Assembly: GCA_044507735.1 (NCBI GenBank)
Contig: JBIQJB010000013.1
Span: 8,507 to 54,730, forward strand
Direction: 5' to 3'
Length of the DNA stretch: 46,224 bases
DNA from: Nitrosopumilales archaeon
GTDB lineage: Archaea > Thermoproteota > Nitrososphaeria > Nitrososphaerales > Nitrososphaeraceae
Both the position numbers and the translations under genes were made by a program. Under the pieces are notes generated by a model. The model worked only from the letters and a program-made list of their open reading frames with translations, did no database searches and was not told where the DNA came from. Below, one piece after another: positions 30,739 through 41,496 of the stretch; the first letter of the stretch is position 1, and every line of letters begins with the position of its first letter.

Positions 30739-31725
30739 TTGACATACCACTCAGAGCAGGACGGGGAACAATGCTTATCTTGTGGAAGCGTGCCGATTAC
30801 CGACAGTTTTGCAGGAGAAATAGTATGCAGTTCGTGCGGAGTGGTGGTCAAAGAGAGGGTTGAAACTTTGTCCCCCGAGTGGAGGTCATTCACTCCTGCG
30901 GACGACAGAGGAAGAGTCGGATTTCCATCATCACTGCTCATACATGACACGGGACTTTCCACCTGCATCGGCAATTCCGCAGCGACGCCTGCAAGTGCTG
31001 CAGAACAGGATCAAGGGCAGGGGACGAAGGAGAAAAGAGAAGGATATTCTTCCTCTCTATATGTGCAAAGGGCATCCCGTCCCATACCGGTTAACCGCCT
31101 CCGTAAGCTCAACGCCATGTCATTCTCGAGTGCCCCGATATCCAGAAACCTCAAGAGGGCCACGTGGGAGATCAACAGAGTCTGCGGAGGCTTGGGGCTT
31201 ACTTGGCAGGCGGCGGAAAGATCGGCTTATTTTTACAGAAAGGCGTTGCAAAGGAATCTGATTAAAGGCAGATCAATTTCAGGCTTTGTAGCCGCCTCCA
31301 TCTATCTTGCATGCAAGGAGAGGATGATACCGCGCACAATGGGCGAAGTGTGTGGAGTGGCAGAAGTCAACAGGACTTTTGCGACCCGCTGCTACAAGAT
31401 CCTGATAGGCGAGATGTGCATCGATCCGCCAATTATGGATCCCTTCAGGAACGTCGCCAAGATTTCTGCAAAGGCGGGGATTGAAGAAAGAGTGTCAAGG
31501 AGGGCAATAGAGATTCTTTCATCCGTTTCTAACCACACTGCAATACCCGGCAAGAACCCTGTTGTACTGGCTGCCGCAGCTCTGTATCTTGCGACAGTGG
31601 AGCACAGGATGGGCGTAGCCAAGAAAGTCATTGCAGATGCAGCCGAAGTCAGCACTATTTCGCTTCGCAAGAGACTTGCAGACATTACGCACGCACTTGA
31701 AGATGTCAGCAGCAGACAGAAATAA
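30739..31725 (+). CDS. tfb: Transcription initiation factor TFB (TFIIB) paralog
   Basis: Zn ribbon CLSC...GEIVCSSCG, PEWRSF, GRSI...AASIYLAC, GKNP..LAAAALY. Confidence 0.92.
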   Translation: MTYHSEQDGEQCLSCGSVPITDSFAGEIVCSSCGVVVKERVETLSPEWRSFTPADDRGRVGFPSSLLIHDTGLSTCIGNSAATPASAAEQDQGQGTKEKREGYSSSLYVQRASRPIPVNRLRKLNAMSFSSAPISRNLKRATWEINRVCGGLGLTWQAAERSAYFYRKALQRNLIKGRSISGFVAASIYLACKERMIPRTMGEVCGVAEVNRTFATRCYKILIGEMCIDPPIMDPFRNVAKISAKAGIEERVSRRAIEILSSVSNHTAIPGKNPVVLAAAALYLATVEHRMGVAKKVIADAAEVSTISLRKRLADITHALEDVSSRQK

Positions 31726-31946
31726 CAAGCCATGCACAAGGGGTGGGGGTGGATGGTACCAACTACTTCCACAGCTGAACAGGAGGTCAAGAAATTTCGC
31801 CGGTGATGTAAATGATGAATGGCTCTTTTTCACAGCTTCCTAAATGAAGAGAGTCTTTGACACAGGCAAGATGACAGGATTTTGATCTATTGTACGGGGG
31901 TGGGACGAATCACCTGCTTTTATTCTCGGTTCGCCATATTACAACA

Positions 31947-32261
31947 TTGAAGGTCTTTAGCTTCAAGTGCCCGTCATGCGGATATAATTCAAGACATTCG
32001 TTAGGAACGCCGGACATGGATCAGACTCTCACAGATGTCAACACAGAATATGCACAGTACACACTTTTTGTGTGTAGAACAGAGAAAAAGTTTGTACACA
32101 TGGACATACTAGATTCGCATTTTGACAGCAAGTGCCCTGCAGATGAAAGCGACCTTGAACTAGTCGACGATCCAAAGAAGGCATCATGCCCTGCGTGTGG
32201 CAGGGAGCTAGAGGTAGAAGAGATTAAGCCGCTTGCAACAGCTGACAGTGCGGCAGAATAA
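31947..32261 (+). CDS. Zn-ribbon hypothetical protein (ORF from 31890; TTG 31947 is the likely start)
   Basis: CPSC...CPAC pairs; directly upstream of aconitase. Confidence 0.7.
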   Translation: MKVFSFKCPSCGYNSRHSLGTPDMDQTLTDVNTEYAQYTLFVCRTEKKFVHMDILDSHFDSKCPADESDLELVDDPKKASCPACGRELEVEEIKPLATADSAAE

Positions 32262-32298
32262 GGTATTAAATATCCAATCCTTGTAGAATCCTCAGGTA

Positions 32299-34236
32299 AT
32301 GGCATTAAATCTCGCTCAAAAGATAATTTCGGCACATCTAGTTGACGGCAAGATGGAGCCAGGACAGGAAATCGGCTTGAAAGTTGATCGCGTGCTTATG
32401 CAGGACGCGACGGGTACTATGGCATGTCTTCAGTTTGAAGCCATGGGCATCCCGCGGGTCAAGGTAGAACATGCCGCGATATATGTCGACCATAACATTC
32501 TACAAACTGGATTTGAAAACGGAGACGATCACCGTTTCTTGCAGACGTTTGCAGCAAAGTACGGCATACACTACAGCAAGCCAGGGAACGGCATCTGTCA
32601 CCAGGTAAACCTCGAACGCTTCTCGATTCCCGGCAAGCTCCTGATAGGCTCTGACAGCCACACCCCGACGGCAGGCGGTGCGGGCATGATGGCAATAGGT
32701 GTAGGCGGACTTGATGTTGCAGTGGCGATGGCTGGCGCCCCATTCTATACAAAGATGCCCAAGATAGTCGGTGTAAAGCTGACCGGCAAGCTCAAGCCGT
32801 GGGTAACAGCCAAGGATGTTATCTTGGAGATGCTCCGAAGGCTCACAGTCAAGGGAGGCGTCGGCAAGATCTTTGAATACTATGGAGAAGGCATCAAGAA
32901 CCTCGGCGTACCTCAAAGGGGAACTATATGCAACATGGGGGCCGAGCTTGGCGCCACTACTTCACTGTTCGAATCTGACGAGGTCACACGGGATTATTTG
33001 ATGCGTCAGAACAGGCCACAGGATTACAAGCGCATTGCTGCAGACCCTGGTTGCTCTTACGACGAAAACATGGAGATCGACCTTTCCGAGCTCGAACCCA
33101 TGATTGCACTTCCGGGTTCACCCGATGCAGTGCGCAAAGTCCGCGAAGTGCAAGGCCAAGACGTGCACCAAGTGCTCATCGGTTCGTGCACGAACTCAAG
33201 CTACGTCGAAATGATGACAGTCGCACACGTCCTGAAAGGTAAAAAGGTACATCCAAATGTCACAATGGCAATAAACCCCGGCTCAAAGCAGGTGCTAGAA
33301 ACGGTTGCCCGCGACGGGTCTATCTATAACATCATTGCGTCAGGCGCACGCCTGCTAGAGAGTGGCTGCCAAGGTTGCATAGGCATGGGCTCTGCACCGG
33401 GAACCGACTGGGTTTCGATCAGGTCGTTCAACCGCAACTGGCCTGGAAGGAGCGGCACAAAGGACGACAAGGTCTTTCTGACATCCCCAGAAGTATGCGT
33501 CGCATGCGCAGTGACAGGCAAGATAACTGACCCACGCGATCTTGGCGAATATCCGAACATATCATGGCCTGACAAGTTTGTAATTGATGACTCTGGAATT
33601 GTGCCTCCGGTAGTTCCAGAATATGCAGATACCGTCGAGATTTCAAGGGGACCCAACATTCGGCCTCTTCCGCTTCGGCAGCCAATGGAAGCCGTGCTGC
33701 AGGGCGAAGTACTCATCAGGGTGGGTGACAACATTAGTACCGATGCAATAATGCCAGCTGGCGCGAGGATCCTACCATTGCGAAGCAACGTCCCAGCAAT
33801 AAGTGAATACGTGTTCTACTGGATCGATCCAGACTTTGCAAAAAGGGCCAAGGAGAAGCATGGAGGCTTTATCGTAGGCGGCGAGAACTATGGGCAAGGC
33901 TCAAGCAGAGAACATGCCGCACTTGCACCAATGTATCTCGGTGTCAAGGGCGTCATTGCAAAGTCGTTTGCAAGGATCCACCGGGCGAACCTGATCAACT
34001 TTGGCATTATCCCATTTGAGTTCCAAAACCCCTCCGACTTTGACTTGCTTGCTCAGGGAACGCCTGTGTTGATAGAGAATGTGGTTGAGAGTCTAAGGCA
34101 GGGTAGCAAGACCCTTGATGCAACCGCCGGAAAGAGCAAGATAACTCTCAAGGTGGACCTGACTCCAAGGCAGAGGGATGTTCTTGTAGCAGGAGGATTG
34201 CTCAACTACATCAGATCAACTCAGAATCGATCCTGA
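32299..34236 (+). CDS. Aconitate hydratase
   Basis: QDATG, DH, GICHQ, GSDSHT, IGSCTN, CQGCIG, RSFNRN, GQGSSREHAA. Confidence 0.95.
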   Translation: MALNLAQKIISAHLVDGKMEPGQEIGLKVDRVLMQDATGTMACLQFEAMGIPRVKVEHAAIYVDHNILQTGFENGDDHRFLQTFAAKYGIHYSKPGNGICHQVNLERFSIPGKLLIGSDSHTPTAGGAGMMAIGVGGLDVAVAMAGAPFYTKMPKIVGVKLTGKLKPWVTAKDVILEMLRRLTVKGGVGKIFEYYGEGIKNLGVPQRGTICNMGAELGATTSLFESDEVTRDYLMRQNRPQDYKRIAADPGCSYDENMEIDLSELEPMIALPGSPDAVRKVREVQGQDVHQVLIGSCTNSSYVEMMTVAHVLKGKKVHPNVTMAINPGSKQVLETVARDGSIYNIIASGARLLESGCQGCIGMGSAPGTDWVSIRSFNRNWPGRSGTKDDKVFLTSPEVCVACAVTGKITDPRDLGEYPNISWPDKFVIDDSGIVPPVVPEYADTVEISRGPNIRPLPLRQPMEAVLQGEVLIRVGDNISTDAIMPAGARILPLRSNVPAISEYVFYWIDPDFAKRAKEKHGGFIVGGENYGQGSSREHAALAPMYLGVKGVIAKSFARIHRANLINFGIIPFEFQNPSDFDLLAQGTPVLIENVVESLRQGSKTLDATAGKSKITLKVDLTPRQRDVLVAGGLLNYIRSTQNRS

Positions 34237-34736
34237 TGGTCAACAAGTTCATCGTCATAATTGCAGGCATTGTCGCAGTCATGGCTGCGCTAATAGCCAT
34301 ACCGGGGATCGGAAGCGAGCAGAATGTCCCAGAAGAAGATCTGAACATTGAATATAGCAGGCAGAATCTGACCCTGCTGGAAGACGGCAGGTTTTATGCA
34401 ACAAGCGTGGATGACCTTGTGATCAGAAATGATCGCTCGGCTACCTATCGCAACTTGACAGGCGGCTCCGACACAAAGCAATTCTCGATAAGTCGTGAAG
34501 ATCTGGCCGGGCTGAAGCGGCTGATATTTGAGACTGGCTTTATGCACTTGCCCGGGGACGACTATTCAGAGAGGAACGACCTCGACGAAGTCACAAGATA
34601 CAGGCTCACGCTCACGTCCGGCGAGAATTCAAAGACAGTCACTTGGGTCAATCTCGAGGCTTCAGAAGAAGCCGTTCCATCTCTAGTGAGGAACATCGGC
34701 GCACAACTGGACGAGATCATTGCAAGGAACACCTAA
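34236..34736 (+). CDS. Secreted or membrane-anchored hypothetical protein
   Basis: N-terminal hydrophobic segment; start overlaps the aconitase stop. Confidence 0.75.
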   Translation: MVNKFIVIIAGIVAVMAALIAIPGIGSEQNVPEEDLNIEYSRQNLTLLEDGRFYATSVDDLVIRNDRSATYRNLTGGSDTKQFSISREDLAGLKRLIFETGFMHLPGDDYSERNDLDEVTRYRLTLTSGENSKTVTWVNLEASEEAVPSLVRNIGAQLDEIIARNT

Positions 34737-34768
34737 CAGAAAATATATAGAGCATTTGACCGCATGGG

Positions 34769-35749
34769 TTGCATACAATGACGATATCTCTCGTGGCCAC
34801 CGAGCCAAAACCCAAGGGCGTCAGGGTTGAGATTGTAGATAACGCCCGCATGGTTCGCGGCACTACCTTGCTCAAGCGCGGGTTTGCTCATATGTGCAAA
34901 CATGGCGTTGTCATGGACGTTACAAACGTAGAGCAAGCTGTAATAGCAGAAGAGGCAGGTGCAGTTGCAGTCATGGTCCTTGACAAACTTCCCTATGATG
35001 TCAGAAAAGCAGGCGGAGTGGCAAGGACTGCAAGCATCAAGGTAATACAGGAGATAATGGATGCTGTCACCATTCCTATAATGGCCAAGTGCAGGATCGG
35101 CCACACTGACGAATCAAGGGTGCTTGAAGCTACAGGCGTCGACATGATTGACGAAAGTGAGGTGCTGACGCCTGCGGATGAAGAGCGCCACATCTGGAAG
35201 TGGGATTTCACCACTCCATTTGTCAATGGTGCCAAGAACCTTGGAGAGGCACTCCGCAGGATCGAGGAAGGCTGCGCCATGATTAGGACAAAGGGCGAGC
35301 CGGGCACTGGCAACGTGGCTGAAGCAGTCACGCACATACGTATGGTCAACAACGAGATCCGCAGGCTCCGATCCTTTTACCAAGATGACGACAAACAAGA
35401 ATTGATGAAGGCTTCACGCGAACTCAAAGTATCGTATGCTATTGTAGAAGAGACAGCGCGCCTTGGGCGCCTGCCGGTGGTCAATTTCGCTGCAGGCGGC
35501 ATTACTACGCCAGCTGACGCAGCGCTATTGATGAACCTTGGATGCGACGGCGTGTTCGTAGGATCGGGAATTTTCAAATCTGATGATCCTGCACAGAGGG
35601 CAAGGGCAGTGGTACTAGCAACTACTTTCCACGATGATCCAAAGATTGTGATGGAGGCGCAAAAGATGGTCGACGAGAAAAAGTCACTCTTGGGCATGGA
35701 CACCAAGAACCTCGAACTTCGCATGCAGGAAAGGGGCCAACACGCTTGA
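34769..35749 (+). CDS. pdxS: Pyridoxal 5'-phosphate synthase lyase subunit
   Basis: [56 protein letters not shown]. Confidence 0.97.
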   Translation: MHTMTISLVATEPKPKGVRVEIVDNARMVRGTTLLKRGFAHMCKHGVVMDVTNVEQAVIAEEAGAVAVMVLDKLPYDVRKAGGVARTASIKVIQEIMDAVTIPIMAKCRIGHTDESRVLEATGVDMIDESEVLTPADEERHIWKWDFTTPFVNGAKNLGEALRRIEEGCAMIRTKGEPGTGNVAEAVTHIRMVNNEIRRLRSFYQDDDKQELMKASRELKVSYAIVEETARLGRLPVVNFAAGGITTPADAALLMNLGCDGVFVGSGIFKSDDPAQRARAVVLATTFHDDPKIVMEAQKMVDEKKSLLGMDTKNLELRMQERGQHA

Positions 35750-36405
35750 GTAGCAAGAAAAAATCATCATCATCATCCCTCACAATAGGAGTCTTGGGAT
35801 TTCAGGGCGACATTGAGGAGAATGTTGCAGCTACCACTCAAGCGCTCCGTGAAATGCAGATTGTTGATGGAAATGTAGAGCTTGTGCGCTACCCTGAAGA
35901 AATCGAAAAGGTTGACGGCCTCATCATACCCGGTGGCGAAAGCACCGTGCAGAGTACACTTGCTTCCATCCAGCGATCTCTGCCAGTAATCAAAAAGCGC
36001 ATCTCTGAAGGGATGCCTGTGCTGGGAACCTGCGCAGGCATGATAATGCTATCTCGCAGGGCTTTTGACAGGGTGGTGGGAGACACAAAGCAAAAACTGA
36101 TAGGAAATCTCGACATCGTCGTAGAGCGCAACGCCTTTGGCAGGCAAAGCGAGTCCTTCGAAGCGGATCTCGCCATTGACCTGCTCGGCAAGGAAGCATT
36201 CAAGGGCGTGTTCATTAGGGCGCCGGCAGTAAGCGAGGTCGGTAAGGATGTTGAGGTCCTTGCCAAGCTAAACAACAAGGTGGTTGCAGTAAAGCAAAAG
36301 AACATCATTGGCACGGCATTTCACCCAGAGCTTTCGGGAGACTCGCGGATGCACAGGCACCTCGTAAAGATGGCTCTGGACTTCAAGAAGAGAAATGGCG
36401 ACTGA
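35746..36405 (+). CDS. pdxT: PLP synthase glutaminase subunit
   Basis: IPGGEST, GTCAGM, RNAFGRQ, FIRAP, FHPEL. Confidence 0.97.
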   Translation: MSSKKKSSSSSLTIGVLGFQGDIEENVAATTQALREMQIVDGNVELVRYPEEIEKVDGLIIPGGESTVQSTLASIQRSLPVIKKRISEGMPVLGTCAGMIMLSRRAFDRVVGDTKQKLIGNLDIVVERNAFGRQSESFEADLAIDLLGKEAFKGVFIRAPAVSEVGKDVEVLAKLNNKVVAVKQKNIIGTAFHPELSGDSRMHRHLVKMALDFKKRNGD

Positions 36406-36552
36406 CTCTGGGACTTTTATGGCCGTTAAGCAGGCGTAGTCCACAAAACCTGATGTTGTGTTGCAGTAACAAGCTCTACACAAAGTGGCAATGATGTCTA
36501 GACAAAGCTGCAATTACTGGCTCAAAATTTCTTGAAGGATAGTGATGAAGGT

Positions 36553-37767
36553 TTAGCCGGAGAAAAAGAACGCTATTGCGATGATGATGTAGACCGCAGT
36601 TAGCATCACACCTTCAAACCAATTGGTTCTGCCATCGTGCACTATGAGGTTCAAAATTATGGCCGCAAGGAACAGCACTGCGACCTCCAGCATCGTGAAC
36701 ACCAGCGTAAATGGCTGACCCAATGCGACTCCAGCAAACACTAGAACAGGGACTGCAAAAAGCGCGATCTGCGTACCAGAGCCGGCGGCAATTCCTATAG
36801 ACAGATCTATCTTGCCCTTTCGCGCAAGCATAATTGCACTGCTATGCTCAGCTGCATTGCCTACAATGCCTACGATAATTGCACCGACAAACAGCTCTCC
36901 GAACCCTAGCTCTTCACCTGTGGCTTCCACAGAGCCAACCAGTATCTCGCTTACTACTATGACGCCCGTCATGCTGACGGCAAGGAGGAGGAAGGACTTT
37001 TTCTTGCTCCAATGGCCTGCGTGAGCGTCATGGTGAACATTGTGGAAAGCGCTGTCATGTATTTCTGTTTTGGGAGTTTTACTGGTCACCGTCGTTGAAG
37101 TGCTCATTGGCTCTGTAGGGATGATGAACAGGTGCTTGTGCGTAAAGAATGTGAACACTATTCCAAGGACATAGACAATAATCAGAATGATTGCAAGTGC
37201 GTCGCTCAGCAGCTGAACCGCGCCTTCGTTACCTTCACCCGTCAGCACTGTGGCGGCAAGTATTGTCGGAACAGCGAGGGCAATTATTGCTATGAGCATC
37301 ATCGACGACTGGATGCTGATGTTCTCTTTGCTAAAGATCTGCTCCTTGAACCTGAAACCACCGGCGATCACACTAAGGCCAAGTATGAGGAGGATGTTAC
37401 CGACGATTGCACCTGTGATCGACGCCTTGACGAGATCAAGCAGCCCTGCGTTGATGGCGGCAATCGCAATAATGATCTCGGCCGCGTTGCCAAAGGTGAC
37501 GTTTAGAAGCGACCCTGTGGTGGCGCCATAGTGGGTGGCAAGGTGCTCGGTAGAATCTCCTATGATCTTTGCCAGTGGAATTAGTGCGATAGCCGCCACC
37601 ATGAATATGACGATATGGTCGGCATGGGCAAACTCTAGCGCGACGGCAATAGGGGCAAATATCATCAGAAAATTGAGAATCGACGATTTTGTTAGCGTGA
37701 TCGACTTCAGCAACTGCGACTTTTCACCATCCATGGCCCAGCATGATTTAATTGCTTTTACAAGCAC
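36553..37767 (-). CDS. cax: Ca2+/H+ antiporter (CaCA/Cax family)
   Basis: TFGNAAE and IVGNAAEH alpha-repeats, GSGTQIALF, TNWFEG. Confidence 0.93.
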   Translation of the reverse strand: MLVKAIKSCWAMDGEKSQLLKSITLTKSSILNFLMIFAPIAVALEFAHADHIVIFMVAAIALIPLAKIIGDSTEHLATHYGATTGSLLNVTFGNAAEIIIAIAAINAGLLDLVKASITGAIVGNILLILGLSVIAGGFRFKEQIFSKENISIQSSMMLIAIIALAVPTILAATVLTGEGNEGAVQLLSDALAIILIIVYVLGIVFTFFTHKHLFIIPTEPMSTSTTVTSKTPKTEIHDSAFHNVHHDAHAGHWSKKKSFLLLAVSMTGVIVVSEILVGSVEATGEELGFGELFVGAIIVGIVGNAAEHSSAIMLARKGKIDLSIGIAAGSGTQIALFAVPVLVFAGVALGQPFTLVFTMLEVAVLFLAAIILNLIVHDGRTNWFEGVMLTAVYIIIAIAFFFSG

Positions 37768-38052
37768 TGCTGAACATGCCCGCGCTTATTGGTAAAAAAG
37801 GTGCGGGATTATAGTTTAGCACTCTTTTTCACACCCAAACTATTGGTTACCTTGTTATTAAAAATTCACTAACCGAGTATTGCAAGTCGTTGGTTGTTCA
37901 AATGTGTGATTATAAATCATCAACCGAAGACTTGATAGTGCCTGCTTCTGCTCTCTGACAGACGCAGAAATTCGAATCCATAGGGGATTAGTTGAGATTT
38001 AAATGTAGATGGATATAGTGCTCCATCACCCAATTTCAATGAGGATTAAAGG

Positions 38053-38355
38053 TCAAACGGTATGCGAATGGGTCTTGTTCTTGCCTAGCTTCATAACCAC
38101 CAGTCCTGCAACTACTAGACAAGTTGAGAACACCATTAGCCCAATGGTAACTAGAATATTACCTTCGGTTAGGCCAGTAGTGCACTGTCCACCTGGATAA
38201 ATTGCGTAGCACATGCCTTTGATTGAATATATAGCATACATACCTCCAGAAAGCAAGGCGGTGAAACCTCCGATGACCAGCATGACAATACCGGCAAACC
38301 GTGATTTGCCAGTCTTTGATACTACACTCATGTCGGCACTATTTAGGGTAAACAC
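38053..38355 (-). CDS. Small two-TM membrane protein
   Basis: Two hydrophobic helices joined by a Cys-containing loop. Confidence 0.55.
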   Translation of the reverse strand: MFTLNSADMSVVSKTGKSRFAGIVMLVIGGFTALLSGGMYAIYSIKGMCYAIYPGGQCTTGLTEGNILVTIGLMVFSTCLVVAGLVVMKLGKNKTHSHTV

Positions 38356-38441
38356 GTATATTAATATTATTCAAAAAAACATCGCAGTAGATTTACTTTC
38401 GGACACACCCTAATGCATTAAAGAAAAAGTGGGAGAAAGGA

Positions 38442-39671
38442 CTAGTTGACCTGCAGGGTTCCTTGATCTCCTTCTATACCGCTCATCGGACTGAAGATGA
38501 ACGAAACGCCGTCGGTTGCCACCAGTGTTCCGTAAAGTGTTACGCTTGAGCCTGTGCCCTTCTTGTATATGGGACCACCGCTATCGCCTTGTTGAGCCGC
38601 GGCAGACACTCTAGCTTGCTGATAGAATATTCTACCATCTTCTCCTACAAAAGTCAAGCCTGTTGCAGTTATCGTGCCGCATCTTTCGTGGTCTTTAGCT
38701 CCGAACTTGCAGACGAATTCGCCCACAGCAGGGAAGCTCTTCTTGCCTGTAATGGTGTATTCTAGTGTTAGTCCGCCTACCCAGATCTTACCAAGTGTTG
38801 ATGAAACCCCTGCATCTGGCCTCCAAAGCAGAGTATCGCTAAACCTTGGGCTAGGAAGATTGGTGTTGGCAACTTCTTGTCCCTTTCTCGATCCTCCAAC
38901 TGGTTGATAGTATACCTGATCCCCTGTCATGTCGATGCCGTTCTCGCAGTGTCCCGCCGTGACAAGTACACGCATGCCATCGCTTACTCTGTTAGCCACA
39001 AATCCCGTTGTACAATATGGCGCAGGATTGCCCGTGGTTAGTGCTATTTGTGCACCGCCCTTCAATGGATTTAGTGGAACTCCGTCACTCGCATATTTTA
39101 TTGGAGTAGTTTGTACGATCCGTACGTCTTCAGCTGGGATACCATGAGCCATAACAAAACTATCTATGTTGGCTTTCGTGGCATCATCTAAAGCAGAAAC
39201 TCCTATAACAATGACCTGATTCTTCTCGTCTATGTCAAGATAGTTGACGCCTGAGCCTTTGATGTCAATGAGCTGATGAAGAATTTCACTCCATCCCAAC
39301 CATTGCTTCCAGTCGCGTTTTGCCTGCAGAATGACAACGCCTTTTTCCAAGTCCTTAGCGTTAACAAAGTTCGCAAGTACAGCTGAGACTTGCGCGTCGG
39401 TGGTGCCACTAGGCTGAGTCAAGTATACGCTCAATTGGCCTTCGTCATTATAGAAATACCCTGCGAACCCGGGGAGCCTGTCCTGTATCCTGCTAAACAA
39501 TTCGTCTATGGATTTTGGAGGTGTCTGTGTGTCTTTCGACGATGTTGTCGCTTGCGCATCGGCTACACCTGTGTTCAAGCCTGCGGCTATCGCAGACGCA
39601 AATAAAAGCAAGCCCAAGGATAGTGCAGCGAATGCATATGCGAGTTTTTCTCTAGATGACTTGTCTGCCAT
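38442..39671 (-). CDS. Secreted chymotrypsin-clan (S1, alpha-lytic/streptogrisin-like) serine protease with signal peptide and pro-region
   Basis: CTTGF, VTAGHC (His), SDTLL (putative Asp), VCKFG, GDSGGP (Ser). Confidence 0.9.
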   Translation of the reverse strand: MADKSSREKLAYAFAALSLGLLLFASAIAAGLNTGVADAQATTSSKDTQTPPKSIDELFSRIQDRLPGFAGYFYNDEGQLSVYLTQPSGTTDAQVSAVLANFVNAKDLEKGVVILQAKRDWKQWLGWSEILHQLIDIKGSGVNYLDIDEKNQVIVIGVSALDDATKANIDSFVMAHGIPAEDVRIVQTTPIKYASDGVPLNPLKGGAQIALTTGNPAPYCTTGFVANRVSDGMRVLVTAGHCENGIDMTGDQVYYQPVGGSRKGQEVANTNLPSPRFSDTLLWRPDAGVSSTLGKIWVGGLTLEYTITGKKSFPAVGEFVCKFGAKDHERCGTITATGLTFVGEDGRIFYQQARVSAAAQQGDSGGPIYKKGTGSSVTLYGTLVATDGVSFIFSPMSGIEGDQGTLQVN

Positions 39672-40289
39672 ACTTTGTCATCATTCCTTCTAATAGGTAC
39701 TTCGATTTAAGATAGCGCTATATAGATAGAATTGACATTTAGTGTCTAAATTCTTTATGAGTTTTAGAGAGTAGCCAAATATTGGTAATATACAATGGAA
39801 TATTCGCTAAAATCTGTTTCGAGTCGTGTATTGTATCGAAGCAGCATTGTGGTTTTTCATTAACCCTTGTAAATACATAAGGTTTTACCAAAACTGCCTG
39901 CAATCGTTTGGATAAAATCTTAAATATAGTACGTCAAATTACGAGACGGTTTGTTAACGTATGTCACGATGTCAAGGGCGGACAAACTTCGGAACACCAC
40001 TGAGATCGCCTAATAATATTTCCATTGGCGGATTCATGTCATTATAATATACACTTAAGCAGAGAGACAGGAAGTCGGATAATGCAATGGAGCAGCTGCT
40101 GGAATGAAAGATTCTGGATGGAAGCTGATGACTATCAGATCGGAGAAGCATTCAGAAGATTCGTAAAAAGAAGTTGTATGACAGACGGACAGTTATTGCC
40201 GGAAAAGAAGGAACGAAAGTAGCCAGATTAATACAAAAGAACCAGCTAAACGCAGGACACGTTCATACGCAACCTGGCTAAAGAAAAAA

Positions 40290-40555
40290 TGATACCAGTG
40301 GTGGTACCAGCAAAAAATACACACACAATACATAGTGCGGGGGAGAATTTTTGGTACCAGCGGCAACATCGCTGCCATATGGCAGCAACACAAGAGCATG
40401 AATCTTACAGTGTTGGCACCACTGGTGCCATTTTTTGATACCAGTGGTACCAAAACAGGATGCAAAAAGCATCATTTTTTGGCACCAGAGCCGGATCTGA
40501 TACCAGTGGTACCACTTTTGGCACCAGTGGTGCCACGAGCTAAAGTCTGGTGCCA
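40290..40555. repeat. Array of 13 octamer boxes related to the palindrome TGGTACCA
   Basis: Copies (TGGTACCA/TGATACCA/TGGCACCA/TGGTGCCA) start at 40290, 40302, 40352, 40414, 40423, 40436, 40445, 40480, 40498, 40507, 40519, 40528 and 40548. Confidence 0.9.
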
Positions 40556-40854
40556 AGAAAAGCGTAGCTAACATGCAGCATAACCGGCGCGCAAGTCAGA
40601 CAGGTTAACAATGACCCCCCCGTTTTATTATCAGCAGTCCCGAGCTCCTTTTTCACCATGTCTATGATCATCAGCGAGCCGGCGCCAAGCAGTGCATTTA
40701 GAGCTGTTTCAACCTCCTCTAAGGAGAAGCACCGCCCGCCGTCCTGTATCGAGATATTGTGTCTTTCTTGCAGGTAGTACAGCAGGGCCTGCTTTGAAGG
40801 CTCTCCAAGCACATCAAGGGAAATGTCAAGTGCTCGCTTGAGCAGGATGGTCAT
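40540..40854 (-). CDS. Small helical protein resembling thaumarchaeal DUF3227/NitrOD-type output domains
   Basis: LDVLGEPSKQALLYYLQERHNI...LEEVETALNALLGAGSLMI pattern. Confidence 0.6.
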   Translation of the reverse strand: MTILLKRALDISLDVLGEPSKQALLYYLQERHNISIQDGGRCFSLEEVETALNALLGAGSLMIIDMVKKELGTADNKTGGSLLTCLTCAPVMLHVSYAFLGTRL

Positions 40855-41012
40855 CCGGCCTGTTTGCGGCCATTACACACGCACTTGTGTACCGTGCTTA
40901 ATAAAATTGCCTTTTGGCCAAACCACCATGATTGTCGCCGGTATCAGCAAAGCACGATAATAATATTTGACATACTTTTGAGGTAGCTGGATTCGTTCCT
41001 ATTCCCAAATTT

Positions 41013-41144
41013 TCAACCGAACCCGAGTTGACCTGCTGCAGTACCGGTCTCTGTATGACTCTGCCAGCACTGCAAGCAAAAATCTCCATCCACTTGAAAG
41101 ATTTCAGCGCTATTGGAACACATGCAGCATCTGATTTCGCACAT
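41013..41144 (-). CDS. Small Zn-finger protein (43 aa; track ORF extends to 41381)
   Basis: MCEIRCCMC...DFCLQCW. Confidence 0.55.
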   Translation of the reverse strand: MCEIRCCMCSNSAEIFQVDGDFCLQCWQSHTETGTAAGQLGFG

Positions 41145-41496
41145 CCTTCGTCCCCTTTCGTTGGCGGAGAAAATATTTCTGTGCCATCTATCTAGTCTTG
41201 GTACAAGACGATAGCGCATGTGTTCTCTATAGGGTACGCTTTTGTTCCTGCCCATTCTTTCTTGTGTCATATGCCTTGTTCGCAGGCTGACTGGAAACCC
41301 CGATAGCAGAGTCATGACGCTGCGGGGCCACACCATCAACCTGCCTGCAAACCCACTGCTCACAAAATGTCTATCGGCCAATTTGCTCTGCGGAAAAGAA
41401 CGTTAGCGGTTCGTTTGTCACCGCAAGTTGGTCCGCAACACCATATGGTTTCCACAGCCAGAAATCTTATATAGTAATATCCAATAGAAGAAACTT

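Noticed and set aside
35763-35777. (TCA)n run in pdxT as a contingency locus
   Set aside because: In-frame trinucleotide run encoding a poly-Ser N-terminal tail; length changes would not shift the frame.
40332-40343. att duplicate of the tRNA-Leu end (11/12 match to 46210-46221; also an 8-bp match at 37800-37807)
   Set aside because: Too short to distinguish from chance, and no integrase is associated with it in the window.
40290-40555. CRISPR array
   Set aside because: Repeats are only 8 bp with irregular 1-54 bp gaps; no 24-40-bp repeat/spacer periodicity and no cas genes in the window.
40193-40574. ORFs 40193-40465, 40278-40574 and 40335-40571 as real genes
   Set aside because: WHH/WYQ/LAP-type translations simply mirror the DNA repeat array.
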